Origin: Octopus sinensis | Taxonomy: Eukaryota | Length of the DNA stretch: 64,000 nt | Reading direction: 5' to 3' | Assembly (NCBI RefSeq): GCF_006345805.1 | Contig: NC_043004.1 | Coordinates: 43,462,001 to 43,526,000, forward strand | Part shown: positions 25,750 through 39,408 of the stretch, piece after piece | Layout: each line of letters opens with the position of its first letter | Numbering within the stretch: the stretch's first letter is position 1 | Position numbers and translations under genes: made by a program | The notes under the pieces: generated by a model | The model's input: only the letters and a program-made list of their open reading frames with translations | What the model was told of the DNA's origin: nothing | The model's database searches: none

Positions 25750-26697
25750 CGTGTGTGTGTGTGTGTATTTATGTTTATATATATATATATATATATAATA
25801 TATATATATATATGTATTATATATATATATATACATGTACTTTCTAACTAAAAGCCAGCTTTCTTCATTATTTCATATTTTTTCACAAACCATTAAGATT
25901 ACAAATTAGATACAACACAAACAAATAGCTATAATTAGAAATAAACATATAAATAAACAAACATATACTATAAACAGTTCTAAGTACGGTTATGTGTGTC
26001 TATATGGCAATGCCTAGGGAAACAGACACTTATATGTAAATTTATATAACCAGACAAATGTGTAATATAAAGATATATGCATATAGAAATACATGTATAC
26101 GCATCTACGGTTAATATATGTGTGTGTATGTGTCTCTGTGTGCTGTGTGCATGCGTATGTGTGTATATGCATGCAGCAGGTGTATGTACATAGAATGGAA
26201 TCTATAAATATATGTATCTACATAAATGTGTATTTATACAAACATATGTGAGCGTGTATATGTGTGTATCTGTGTGAACGCATACATATGTACGGATAAT
26301 AAAACAGAGTGAGAGAGAGAAAGAAAATGAATGAGAGAAATTAACAATGGACATAAATTTGCAGTAAATAAAACGAAACATTTTTCCTGTAATTCATTTT
26401 CTTAAGAGCACGAGAAGTAAGAAACGTAGTATTTAAAAGACTAATATGATGAAATATGGCAGTTAAGAACGCAAAAAAAAAAACAGCAAATAGAATGAAA
26501 CAAAATACATTTAAGTAAATAGATGCATTTGTTAAATATATATTTTTCTGGACACAATTTCGTGTTTCATGCAATTGTATTCCACCCACCCTAATATGTG
26601 TGAAGTATTTCTAAACATCTAGCAAATAGTCAGCAAGGCAGGAGGTTGCTATTCAACATCTTTGGCCCGACCCATTTGTATGTGAGTGCAATCTCCT

Positions 26698-26852
26698 TGT
26701 TTCTCTCCTTGTGTTTTTTTCTGTGTACCTTTCTGTGAAAGAGCGTAGGCTCGAAACGTAAAATACTTTTTCTATTCTTGAGCGTTATACTAATACATCT
26801 GTTATACTAATACACCACCTGTCTTCGTCTTTTGTTTTTTTCGTAAATTTCC
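26698..26852 (+). mobile_element. Short microsatellite-associated element, copy 5 (best-preserved GAAACGTA)
   Basis: cctttctgtgaaagagcgtaggctcgaaacgtaaaa...gagcgttatactaatacatct (17-bp internal duplication)...gtaaatttccc, then (TA)n. Confidence 0.75.
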
Positions 26853-26896
26853 CTATATATATATATATATATATAATATATATATATATATTATAT

Positions 26897-26951
<55 letters not shown>

Positions 26952-27069
26952 ATATATATATATATATATACACATTTTGTTCGGCTCTATGAATTTAATT
27001 ACTTTATTTAATTGCTTTTGTCCATACTAACACCATTGACTCAAGTCTTCATCCTATCATGAAAGGATT

Positions 27070-27810
27070 TAATTTTACAGTGTGATCCGGAAATCGAAGT
27101 TTGCTAATATACTCCATAACAAGCCCTATTCACAGTATCAACGGTGTTCGTTAAATCAATGAGTACAAGATCCATACTCTGCTCATAGCACTTCTCCTGC
27201 ATCTGTTTTGCTGTTAAAATCATATCTGTTGTCTCTCTGCCAGATTGGAAGACACAATGAGATTCAGATTGGACATCATTTACGAGTCACCCATTCAGGC
27301 GAGTAAGATTTTCCAGAACCTTACCAGCAGCTGTTAGTAGAGCAATACCTCTGTAGTTACCACACATTGTGCTTTTCCTTTATAGACAGCAAAAATAATT
27401 TCATCCTTCCAGTCCTTAGGCATTGCACCATCCTTCCAGACTGAACTATCAACTTCGTGTAGGGACTATATGATGTAATCACCATCAAATCGCAGATGCC
27501 CTACCAAGGTCCAATATACTTATTGATGTCATTACCTCATATATTGAGGGCTTGGAATTTAAGGAGCCAATGATAGATGTTTGTTGCATAATCACGGTAT
27601 TATTTACATTGTTCTTTGGGGCACGTGCTAGATTTCAGTGCAAGGCCTCTGCGCAGCAATACATTGTGGGAATGGCGTTTTACAGTCAATATTCGCTGAA
27701 CTTCAGCATCATTCTCATTAAACCAGTCTGTGTCTGGGAATGGCATATCCCAGTGTTTCAGCACCTCATTGAAGAATCTGGTCTCGAAAATCTTCCCACA
27801 CTGTAGTATG
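27070..27810 (-). mobile_element. Decayed RTE-clade LINE fragment (linker and RT N-terminus)
   Basis: Minus-strand motifs [65 protein letters not shown] are typical of RTE RT. Confidence 0.85.
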
Positions 27811-27894
27811 CATACATACACACACACACTCACACGCACATACACATGCATAAACACACAGAGATACACACATACACACACACACATATATATA

Positions 27895-27996
<102 letters not shown>

Positions 27997-28642
27997 CGTA
28001 AGTGTATGAGTGTGTTCCTTGTGAATTTATGATCGAGTGGTTATAAATTCATATCAGATAGATTCCACATTGTTTTAGAATGAGACACCCATTCCCTTTT
28101 ACTTGTGACACTACTACAATAGGATTTCTGAAGGGTCATACAGCATTTAGTTTGCTTGTAGTTAACAGTTTATCTAAATACCTTCCATGTGACAAACAAT
28201 CAAATTTATTGAGATGCTTTAAGTACGTGGTGAAATTGGTGGGGATAAGTGTAGTATTAATCATGGCGGTGTTGATGGTTATGGTGACAACGAGGTTTTT
28301 ATTTTTGCGATGATTTTGATGGTGGTGACTTTATTCTTTTCGAGATATTGATAATTTCGAACATAATGGTATTTTAATGATGGCGACGATGATAAGAGCG
28401 CTTGTTGATGGTGGTGATGACATCCATAATGATTTTGTTGCTGTTGATGTTGATTATGACCGCCCAGAATAAACAACAAAATACTGCGAGGATTGTAAAC
28501 ATGAAACTGTTCAGAAATATTAAGAGACTGATGACGTTATAGAAAGGGTTGCTTTTAATTGTGATGGAGCTAGTGACGGTGATGGCAGTGACCATATTCC
28601 TCAAGATGTTCGTCTTGTCCTTCGTTATATTCTTTCAACAAT

Positions 28643-29043
28643 AGGCGCAGTAGTGGCTGTGTGGTAAGTAGCTTGCTTACCCACCACATGGTTCCGGGTT
28701 CAGTCCCACTGCGTGGTACCTTGGGCAAGTGTCTTCTACTATAGCCCCGGACCGACCAAAGCCTTGTGAGTGGATTTGGTAGACGGAAACTGAAAGAAGC
28801 CCGTCGTATATATGTATATGTATATATGTGTGTTTGTGTGTCTGTGTGTGTCCCCATAACATCGCTTGACAACGGTTGCTAGTGTGTTTACGTCTCCGTA
28901 ACTTAGCGGTTCGGCAAAAGAGACCGATAGAATAAGTACTAGGCTTACAAAGAATAAGTCCTGGGGTCGATTTGCTCGACTAAAGGCGGTGCTCTAGCAT
29001 GGCTGCAGTCAAATGACTGACACAAGTAAAAGAGCAAAGAGTA
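28643..29043 (+). mobile_element. Full-length CORE-type SINE (family B)
   Basis: aggcgcagtagtggctgtgtggtaagtagcttgc...ggttcagtccc...cttgggcaagtgtcttctactatagc...caagtaaaagag. Confidence 0.95.
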
Positions 29044-30651
29044 ATATGATGTCGATTTATTAGTGACCATAGAGGTTATTATTACTGTTAAAACAGCAAC
29101 GAAAGCTGTTACACCAGATTTTAAAGCGTACATCTTCGTACTTTTGAGAATGATGTCTAAATGTTCTCTCTAGACAATCTATGATTTTTATCAGTCATAC
29201 ATCTTATTCTTTTCAATTTTGTCTGTTATTGGCGTGCTTCACCACCGTAGATTAGTTCACTTTTAATCCCTCAATGATGAAAATGTGTTGTACACGTATT
29301 AAGTACACGTATTAAATATGAAACAACTTTTAAAATGAGTCCCTTTGAAGGCTACTTTTCGCTATTCAATTCTTGCATTACATTTTTCTTCAAAACATAT
29401 GTATTGATATTTATATAAGGATATTTATAATGATATTTAAAAGAAGGCTAACATCGTTTTACATTTTTCATTTTATCATAAAAAGAAATTGTGTGCTTGT
29501 TTTTAATATCAAAAATAAAAGAAGTTCATGGCAATTTCTTACTCTCAATAGCTTCGAAAGAATTGAATATTTCAGTTTGTATCTACTTATTTTGTAGTGT
29601 TATTAGCGTAGAAATATTCTATATATTTTCTTCATTGCAATTTATAGTGTTAAAGTTTGAATAGAATTCCAGTTCAGTTCTTTGTCATACTCAGAACCAG
29701 CTGCTAAATCTGGCTAAAGCTATGTATGATATATTCTTATTTCTTTGTTCTTAAACACGCGATTTTTAGTAATTTTATATTGTTATTATCCTTGTTAATA
29801 TATCATGAATCATTACATCTCATACACAATAATTGCATTTAAATGAATGTTTATTTTCTCAAAGTTGAAATGAAATAACCGAGAAATTATCTCTATGTTT
29901 TTCGTGCGTACTACACGCTTATTATAATTAGTGTGAAACTAGTTTTGATTAGTGTGAATCTCCGCGTAGGTATAGAACGGTGATAAATCAGAAAAAAGAA
30001 AACAAGACTATATTCGTACTTAAAATCACGATCTACAATGAGTTTTGAGTCATTAACAGATTAATAACTTTATGTTTTAGATTTCAATGCTGTAAATATC
30101 AATTTTAACTTAATACTTTTTTGATATCTGTAAAATAAGTACCAATCTGTAAATATTAGTTATTTTAGCGTATCAGAAATTATAAATAAAATGATAAAAA
30201 GGAATGTACGTTTCAGCTTTGAATCGTCCTTCTCGTTGAGGATGAAATGATTACTGCATATCTCATTCGATAGAGTATGAAAAATAGTTACTAAATCTAA
30301 TGAAAGGAAAGGTAGAAAAGCGGGGGAAGTGATATTCTAACAGAAAAATTGTATTAAAAATTGTAGTAAATTTACATTGAATGTGGTGACAATTTCTGAC
30401 TAAGCAGCGTCAACAGTTACTTGCATATGGGATTAAGTTACATGAAACAGTGATTCTTCTGCCCAGAAGATACTACCGCTAATATCAAAGAAAACAATAC
30501 ACGACAAGATTAAATAACCATTCTGCATAAAACATTTTCATAACGCCCATATTTGACATGTAAATGAGATTATCTTCACTTTTGTAAATAATGCAATGCA
30601 TTGTACATACATCACGTAGTTTCAACAATACATAAATATAGATATATGTAC

Positions 30652-30685
<34 letters not shown>

Positions 30686-33600
30686 CGTATATAAAATGTT
30701 TTCGGGAATAATAATTACCATTTCTTGAAGCTAAAGGTATTATATTTTGAAACAATACCGTTATGTGTGAGAAAAATATATTACTCTCGTAAAATTGTAT
30801 TATAACCTTTCTTGTTAATGTAATTACTCATGAATTATTCTGAAGACAGCACTCGTTTTTGTGTGTCGGTTAAATAGAATATTAATGCATGCATTCCTTT
30901 AAAATTGCTTCAAGAAAATCCATCAGAAAATGCATCAGTATGAAAAGTTATTCATTGTCATCAATGTACTGTTTACAGCACGGAGATGTTAAAAGTTACG
31001 CACCTATTTCAGATTGGTTTGTTGTGTGTATTAATGTTCCCTTTGATATTTTATTTCATAATTTCCTCTCCATCAATGTTTTATATATAAATTTCAGAAT
31101 ATATACTATTAGCTATTGAGACGTTCGCGGGAAAATGAAGCATCTGTTAGGATATATTGTTCCGACTCGTTCTTTGTGACACGTCTTAGTTCATAGTTAA
31201 TGGTGCATGAAACCTAGAGCATTTATGAATATTATCATTATTTCTGACACATTGTTTAAATTATAATAAAAGTTATATATATTCTTCAGTTATCTATACT
31301 CATACAATTATAGGCATATGTACTTGCTTATATTTGCATAGTTATATATGCATACACATAGATACATACATACATCCACACAAATATAAATACATAATTA
31401 CGTATGAACATACACGCATACATACTTGAAGTAGGTATAAGCACTGAGTGGGAGGAGATACGCAAAATATGTAAGGTGATGTGGAGGAAGAAAAGCAAAG
31501 TGAAAAGATATTGCATTCTATTATAAAGCTTTTTTTCATACTCCCATAATTATTCGAAAGAAACACCCCTTTAGAATTAAAAGAAACATTTGGAGCAAAT
31601 ATACCGTTATCGGCAGGCTATTTACTGTGTTGTAGGGCATCGAACAACACATATAAGGTAAAACAATAAAATTTCTCTTTGTTTTAATTCTTCTACAACA
31701 ATGACCTATTTTACTTAACTTATCACCAGAATTGCTAAAAGACATTTCAAACATTTATTTCAATTACACACATCATAACACTTAAAACAATTTAAAAATA
31801 CTTTTTAGGTACACGTTTGCATACATATGAGCATATACTAAAATAAACTGGATAGTACTCCCGACTAATGACAAAATCGGAAATAAGTCTTTGTTTATAA
31901 ATGTGGACCAAACTGAACATGATTTAAATGAGTCCAAAGTTGAGTGTTAACAAGGAATTGTTAATGAGAGTGGACATGAAATATTCCGTAAGGGAAAATT
32001 TAGTGGAAACTTTCTCCATTGGTCAATTTATATCATCAATGCCACATGGCATACCTATGAATGAGAAATGAGGCAAGTGTCTTAAAACATCGTGCTATAC
32101 TTGAAAACCTCAAATATTGTGAATCCATACATGAAGGAAACTATTTTCACCTCATTTACCAAATGAATGAGATTTTACCATAGTATTAATGTACATGTGT
32201 ACCTTTATGCACAAGTCTAATCAAGAGTAACAATTCTCTCTTTCATTATTTCTTTCACTCTTTGTATTCAATAGGAAAAGAATAGAACAAAGGGAACAAG
32301 TCAAACCCACCCAAATGATCGTTAGCATCGACAAATTGCTACGAATAAAATTTACTATTAAAATTGAACTGAATTCTGTTTCTGTGCCACCATGTTATAT
32401 TTTTCTGTATAAAAAGAAAACTTGAATTCAGTCTTAAAATATAGCAATGGTTTATGAAATAAAACTTTTCATCGTGTGTTTAGTGTTGCTAACGTGTGCA
32501 TCAAAGTATTCTTATTCGACAAACTGCTTATACTTTCTGTATATATATTTCTGTTTATGATTTAGTTCTCATATCTGATGTATTTGTCAGTGCGTTTGTC
32601 TGTGCCGTGTGTGCCTACATTAGCATTTCATTCGAGTGTAAATGCTTCATACCTTACGTGTTTTAGAAATGTCTCTATACATATACACGTGTGACTCATT
32701 TCCTACAACTATTATATATGTGTGTGTACGATTTATATGAATCTAAGTCATGTACCTGCATGTCTTCCTGAACACATTTTCAAACCGCTTTTAATTTGGT
32801 TAGTTGTTCAATAACTTGCGACATTTTGTTTTATTTTAATGCTTGTTTCGAAGTGTTAGATCCACTTGATACATTGTCAAGTGCTGATGAATTGGTGCTC
32901 GCGATGGAATGCTTTGTCTAAAGGAAAGAAACATGCATGGAAAGAAATCAGGCTTTGAATTTTAAAAGAATATAATTAGTGATAGGTGTCTCCATATAAT
33001 ATCATCTTCATAAAATGTGGGGATGTCAATATATTGATGATAATGTAATCATGATCATGTTGATAATAAAGTGATATTTTGGAACGAGAAGGTACGGATT
33101 ATGTAACTGAGGGAAATAATAATAATGCACATCTTTCCCTAGATTTGAACCGTTATTCTCTGCTTTATTGTGAAACCTAATACAGAGGATAAAGAAATTA
33201 AAATATCTTTCATGAATACTACACCAATGTCTGAAGCAGAACTGGATTCAAAATGTATACCCCATCATTAGACTAAACACAAAGTAATAACATTTCCTTC
33301 CCGGCCATATTACAGAAGAATTAAAAGAAAACTATTCTAGTAGATAGAAATTTGAAAGAGAAAATAACATTGCAGAAGTTTTGTCTACGATTTCTGATAA
33401 ATAATTATATGGAATTTGAGATTTCAAGACTTTCCAAATGGTACTTTAAGTTTCAGATGTAATAAAAATTGTGGAAATCTCGGCATCGAATAATATGGAA
33501 CGATTAATACTGTGTAACGAATACATGTATGTGGGCTGTGTTTCGGATCATCATACTAACCAATATCGAGGTCATATACAACTCTTTTCTTTCTTTAGAG

Positions 33601-33744
33601 TTTGTGCCGTGACATATTTTCTACGCGTCCTCCTCTTGAATTGTCTTCCTCTCCCATTCTCCATCTCAGTTCTCACTCACACAGTTACACACGCACACGC
33701 ACACACACATATACGTGTATATGTATGTACGCATATATTTTGCA

Positions 33745-33905
33745 CATATGTTGTGTGGTAAGAAACTTGCTTCCGGATCGCAGATGTGGCAAGTTGGGAA
33801 AGCGTCTTCTATTATAACATTGGTGCAACCAAAATGTTATGAGGAGATTTGGCAGACGGAAACTGAAAGAAGCCCGTCGTATATATACATACATACATAT
33901 GTGTG
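33745..33905 (+). mobile_element. 5' half of a family-B SINE running into (TA)n
   Basis: tgtggtaagaaacttgcttcc...gatttggcagacggaaactgaaagaagcccgtcgtata. Confidence 0.8.
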
Positions 33906-33932
33906 TGTGTATCTACATATATACCTACATAT

Positions 33933-34027
<95 letters not shown>

Positions 34028-34212
34028 ATATATACTAATATTGAGGGGTCAGCAAAAGAAATGCATCACCACATACCGAAGTTCAGAAATAGCAGCCAAA
34101 ATCTAAGCCATTTCTTCTACTTAAAAAAAAGTTCTACCAGAGAAACCATAATACTTGGATCTTATTCATCCAGGCATAGGGTAACGTAACGAAAATCAAT
34201 CAATATCCGATT

Positions 34213-34302
34213 ATCCATAGAGGCGCGTTTCGGAATCAGGATTTAAGTAAAGAATATCCAAAAATATAAAGTTTACTAACCACATTCCTCTTCAGTATGG
34301 AT
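34213..34302 (-). ncRNA. Type I hammerhead ribozyme motif of Penelope type (one stem III mismatch)
   Basis: Minus strand: ATCCATA (stem I) - CTGAAGA - GGAAT..ATTCC (stem II) - GAA - ACGCGCCT - C - TATGGAT (stem I'). The core is complete; ACGCGCCT is one change from the palindrome ACGCGCGT. Confidence 0.7.
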
Positions 34303-34359
34303 TTTCTGCAATAATCCGAAGATACTAAAACATTAGAATGACTTCTTCAATTGCTATAT

Positions 34360-34405
<46 letters not shown>

Positions 34406-34699
34406 ATTCACAATGTAGGTTAGTTGAAATATGGTTGTCATATATTGCATCTGCTAAAGGCAAATACACTGCGCTTACAGGGGAGAAAAATTCTCTGTTA
34501 TGGTATAAAGGTGTGAAAACACCCCGTTTGTTCAGTATCGCCCTATCTCGGGAATATGAGACATCGATTCTTATTTTCTCGACTAGCGCAAATCAGTCAA
34601 TATGTTGGCTGAGTTGTATATAAAGCTATAAACTTTGACAGTTCGTTCAGAGTTGACAAACATATTTCGACTAACATAAATTGTGATTATACGTAAATA

Positions 34700-34931
34700 G
34701 CTATTTCTTTATTACCCACAAGGGGCTAAACATAGAGGGGACAAACAAGGACAGACATAGGTATTAAGTCGATTATATCGACCTCAGTGCGTAACTGGTA
34801 CTTAATTTATCGACCCCGAAAGAATGAAAGGCAAAGTCGACCTCGGCGGAATTTGAAGTCACAACGTACCACAGCCGAAATACCACTAAGCATTTCGCCT
34901 GGCGTGCTAACGTTTTTGCCAGCTCGCCGCC
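34700..34931 (-). mobile_element. Full-length family-A SINE
   Basis: Reverse complement of 9822-10056. Confidence 0.92.
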
Positions 34932-35009
34932 AAAATACCTAAATACCACTTAGCGCATTTACTCCAATATATATATATATATATATATATATGCACGTGG
35001 TGTGAGTGT

Positions 35010-35230
35010 GTGTGGGTGTGTGTGGTAGTGTGAGTTTTTCGGATGGTGTTTGTCCTCCACTACCACTCGACAACCGGTTTTGGTGAGTTTACATCCCCGC
35101 ACCCTAGCAGTTCAGCAAACAGAACGATAGAATAAAAACCGGGCTTAAAAAATAAATAAATGAATTAAGACTGGGGTAATTTCATTCGACTACCAAAGTA
35201 ATTGAAACCGGCTGCAGTCTAATGACTGAA
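35010..35230 (+). mobile_element. Decayed 3' half of a family-B SINE
   Basis: cgacaaccggttttggtgag...cagcaaacagaacgatagaataa...ctggggt...ggctgcagtctaatgactgaaacaa. Confidence 0.65.
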
Positions 35231-35276
35231 ACAAATCAAAGAGATAATTAATTTACATATATATAAATATATGTAA

Positions 35277-35412
35277 GGCGGCGAGCTGGCAGAAACGTTA
35301 GCACGCCGGACGAAATGCGTAGCCGTATTTTGTCTGCCGTTACGTTCTGGGTTCAAATTCCGCCGAGGTCGACTTTGCCTTTCGTCCTTTCGGGGTCGAT
35401 AAATTAAGTACC
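35277..35412 (+). mobile_element. Family-A SINE, 3'-truncated
   Basis: ggcggcgagctggcagaaacgttagcacgccgg...cggggtcgataaattaagtacc. Confidence 0.9.
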
Positions 35413-36142
35413 GAAAACGGTACCAAAAAAGTACCGTGCATGAGCATGGCAGCAGGTCTGAGCTGAAACTAGAAAGAAAATATATATATATATGTGTGTG
35501 TGTATAGATAGATATAGGTATTCTTTTGTGTCTGGTGAGAGTCACTTTGTTTTTGTGTCTTATTATGTAAGCCACTCGCCGGTAAAATAAGAAATACGTG
35601 GAAATTTTACCGGTGAGAACATTATAAGACACAAAAAGAACATGACTCTCCCCAGACACAACAGGATATGCTTCAACACACGAACTCTTATACAGAATCT
35701 TGCCAACCAAATGCAAAACGAAATATATATAGATATAAATATATATAAGTATGCGTAGGTTTCACTGAGACACCGTCCTAAGACGAAATCCTCGTATTTC
35801 TGGATTTCCTCAGGAACATTTTCTTTTGTCTTCATGTATTCATATCAGTAAATTAACATTTGTTATAGAATATACAATATCAACTAGAATGAATAGTTGA
35901 GATGATAAAAATACAATTGCTTCTTCAGCTTTTGCTATAATTGAATATTGATGATTGAATATAAAATATAATATTTCATTGTGTTAGTTCACATACATGA
36001 AATAATACAAAGAGGATAAATGCATAATATAGCGAATGAGAAATAAGCAATTACATAATAAAGACTAAAATATACTTCTATTGAACATGTAGACAATGAA
36101 TATGTGTCCTGCTGCGCAAAACATTATTATTATTATTATCAA

Positions 36143-36211
<69 letters not shown>

Positions 36212-36229
36212 AATAATTATTATTATTAC

Positions 36230-36703
36230 TTTTTTTCTTCTTTCAAATTTGCTTCCATTTCTTGCCGAGTGTCTTCCCGACTCCTAGGGCAAAGAAACTC
36301 ATAGTATACATTGGTAGGCCATTAAACCAAATTCAGTAGTTCGTTCATTTTTTTTTTTTAAGTTAAATTAAAATACATGAGCAGCAACAGTTCTCACATC
36401 GACAATGCTCTTCTCAATACGTGTGATGTACCAGTTAAGACTTCTTGCAGGGATAGCAAGCCAGGGATCATTCTCATATAATTTTCGGTTCCCTTCTTGA
36501 TCATTCCTAGTGCTCCCACGATCACTGGTATTGTAACCGCCTTGAGATGCCACATTTTCTCAATTTCAATGAGTAGGTCTTTATATTTTGTGAGCTTGTC
36601 AAACTCTTTCGCTGAGATATTATGATCACAGGGGATGCTCATGTCGATCAATAAGCAAACTTTATTGTTTTGGTCTTTCACAACAATATCTGGTTTATTG
36701 GCC
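36230..36703 (-). mobile_element. 5'-truncated R4/Dong-clade non-LTR retrotransposon (restriction-like endonuclease end plus 3' UTR) inserted in (AAT)n
   Basis: ORF 36394-36703 reads NKPDIVVKD...LLIDMSIPCDHNISAKEFDKLTKYKDLLIEIEKMW...IPVIVGALG, a PD-(D/E)xK RLE motif. (ATT)n lies on both sides. Confidence 0.9.
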
Positions 36704-36711
36704 TTATTATT

Positions 36712-36800
<89 letters not shown>

Positions 36801-36998
36801 CATAATCAATATTATTATTATTGATGATGACGATGATGATGGTGATAATTTCAAGTTCAGTCACGACGACAGCAATATCGGTTCAGGGATCAAGTATCTA
36901 TGTTTCACCAGTGCTCGGCTGGTTCTTACTTGATTGTCCATGAAAGGCTGAAAGACATAGATGACTCCGGCAGAATTCGAACCCAACGTAAAGACGAA

Positions 36999-37074
<76 letters not shown>

Positions 37075-37260
37075 GCTGCTGCTACTACTACTACCACCAC
37101 CACCACCACCACCACCACCACTACTACTACTACTACTACTGCCACTACTACTACTAGTAGTAGTAGTAGTAATTATTATTATTTTTATTATTATTAACAT
37201 TATTACTATTATTATTATTATTGTTATAATGACGATAATCAATATTATTATTATCATTAT
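36704..37260. repeat. Trinucleotide cluster (ATT)n, (GAT)n, (ACT)n, (ACC)n with a decayed family-A SINE fragment (~36870-37000)
   Basis: Direct reading. Confidence 0.9.
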
Positions 37261-37849
37261 TATTAGTCATTGTTATTATTATTACCAAAGTTGTGTGGTT
37301 ATTGTTGTTAATACATTTATTAACATTCGTATAATTGTTGTTGATGAAGTTATTCATGCTGCTTCTGACTGTGTTGTTCCGGCTAATATTGTTACAGATG
37401 ACATCATTGCCTTCACAGATCCAATAGTATTTGTATTGTCATGCTGCTAGTTTGAATCAATATGAGTTCATGATTCCGTTGTTATATTTGTAATCGAAGA
37501 ATAATTCAATATAGAGCCGTAAACTTATAGGCGTCTGCGATGAAATGTTTTATTATAAGATATTACAAATATAACTATACAAAGCAACATGGATATTAGT
37601 GTACACGTGTAAAAATTAACACATGTTTATTGAATATATAAGAACATGTATTTAAGATTTAATTAAGCATACAATTTTGCCTATGCATTGAAGAATGAGT
37701 GCGTGTGTGTGTATATATACGAATGTATATATGTGTGTGTATTGATATATATACATATATATGTATATATGTATATATATATTCTTTTATTCTTTTATGT
37801 CATTCAGCCGAAAGTTTGTCGCCTGCTGGGAGACCGCCAGTCTTGTCAA

Positions 37850-38945
37850 ATTTTCAATAGCCAATCTTTTGGGATATGCCTTTGAAGAACGTTTGATGTT
37901 TCTGCCCTGTTTTAAATTTCTTGCCGTGATGTAGGTTCCTCTTAGAGATCCGACACCATAAGGCCAAGGTGTTTTTTGAAACCTCTACTCCTTTTCCATA
38001 TATACCTCTCAGATGTTTTGGCGTAACATCAAATAGTCCCAGACACTTCAGTAGGAAGCTAACTCGACGCTTGGTCATGACTATAGATGGCTCTCCAGAA
38101 ACATTTCAAACAATATTGTGACGTCCAGTTCAGGGCTGGTGTATCTCACCTCTCGACACCAAAGTTAAGTCCCAAACACTCCACGACATTCCATACGTTA
38201 TATCTCTCCCGTCTTCAGGCCACTGGGTAAAATTGTAATGATTTTCCTTTTCCCATTTGCCTAGATTTTCGATCATTGCATTATTCTGCATGTAGCAAAG
38301 CTATTAATTTGACACTGTGTGGTGACCTCAGTTGAGGTTAGTAGTCCATACAACTGATGAGAAATGTCCTCCACAGAAACAGTATGTTTCCTAGTTTCTT
38401 GTTCAGAGAGTCTTCAGTGTCTGGTAAGCCACGTGCCTGAGCTTTGTCAGCATTTTAGGGATATACACGTAGAATGTGGCGTTGTTGCTCATATTAATCC
38501 GTAGATCACGTACTGTAACGGAATCTTGTATTGCTTCAAATTATCATTCTTGTGCTATGTTAGCAACCGCTGGCAGATAGTGGAGGGCTTGAAATTTTCC
38601 CGCATTATATTCCATGTTGTTTTCTTCAACAAATTTATTTATGACATCCAGGTTTTTCTGTAGAAGAGTGGAATCGAGTGGTACCTTGCCTGCCTGTGCT
38701 ACTTTTGCGTCGTCGGTATAGCTGGTAGGTGCATTAAACTGATGGAATGTTCAAAGGAGCCACCATAAGCAGTAACTGTTGCAGGATACTTCCCTGAGAC
38801 ACCCTACTTTCTATTACTGTCTCCTTGGAGATGGATACGTTGGATACCACAGCCCGGTTTGTTTCATTCGCTAACATGAAGCATGCTTGTTAAAGCGTGT
38901 GTGGTTCATCTCGAAAACCATTAAAACCCCAATCAGATCGAATCC
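37850..38945 (-). mobile_element. Decayed CR1/L2-group LINE RT fragment
   Basis: Minus strand SRVSQGSILQQLLL (cf. SGVPQGSVLGPLLF), YTDDAKV (cf. YADD), LQKNLDVINKFVEENNMEYNAGKFQAL, VRDLRINMS. Confidence 0.8.
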
Positions 38946-39354
38946 TGATGAAATTTCACTGATAAATTTCTTCACATTTCTTATAGCGTATCATCGTATC
39001 TAGGAAAGAACACGACAAACTATGGAAAGTTTCATTTTGGCTTGACATGGACAGTCTCAAGTTAAGAGAAACAAGGTTCTTCCTTGATGCTTGCTCATAA
39101 GTTTCATTTTATTTATCACGTCTTTAGTGTCGGGTTGCATATCTCTATTTGCATTTACATTGGTCTTGACTTCTAAAACTCTTAGTCCTTCACGTCTGTT
39201 CGTCTTCCCCTTTCTGTTTCAGTCTGATGCATCTTCATTTATATCTTCACTGCCACCTATCTATACATGCAGACAAATGTACATATATGCGCATATATGT
39301 ATAAACCCACTTATTTAAATTTGTAGGAACTTACACACGCACATATATGAATGA

Positions 39355-39408
<54 letters not shown>

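Noticed and set aside
36394-36864. 156-aa ORF with poly-Asn as a possible host gene
   Set aside because: It is an (AAT)n tract in frame with a truncated R4/Dong endonuclease end.
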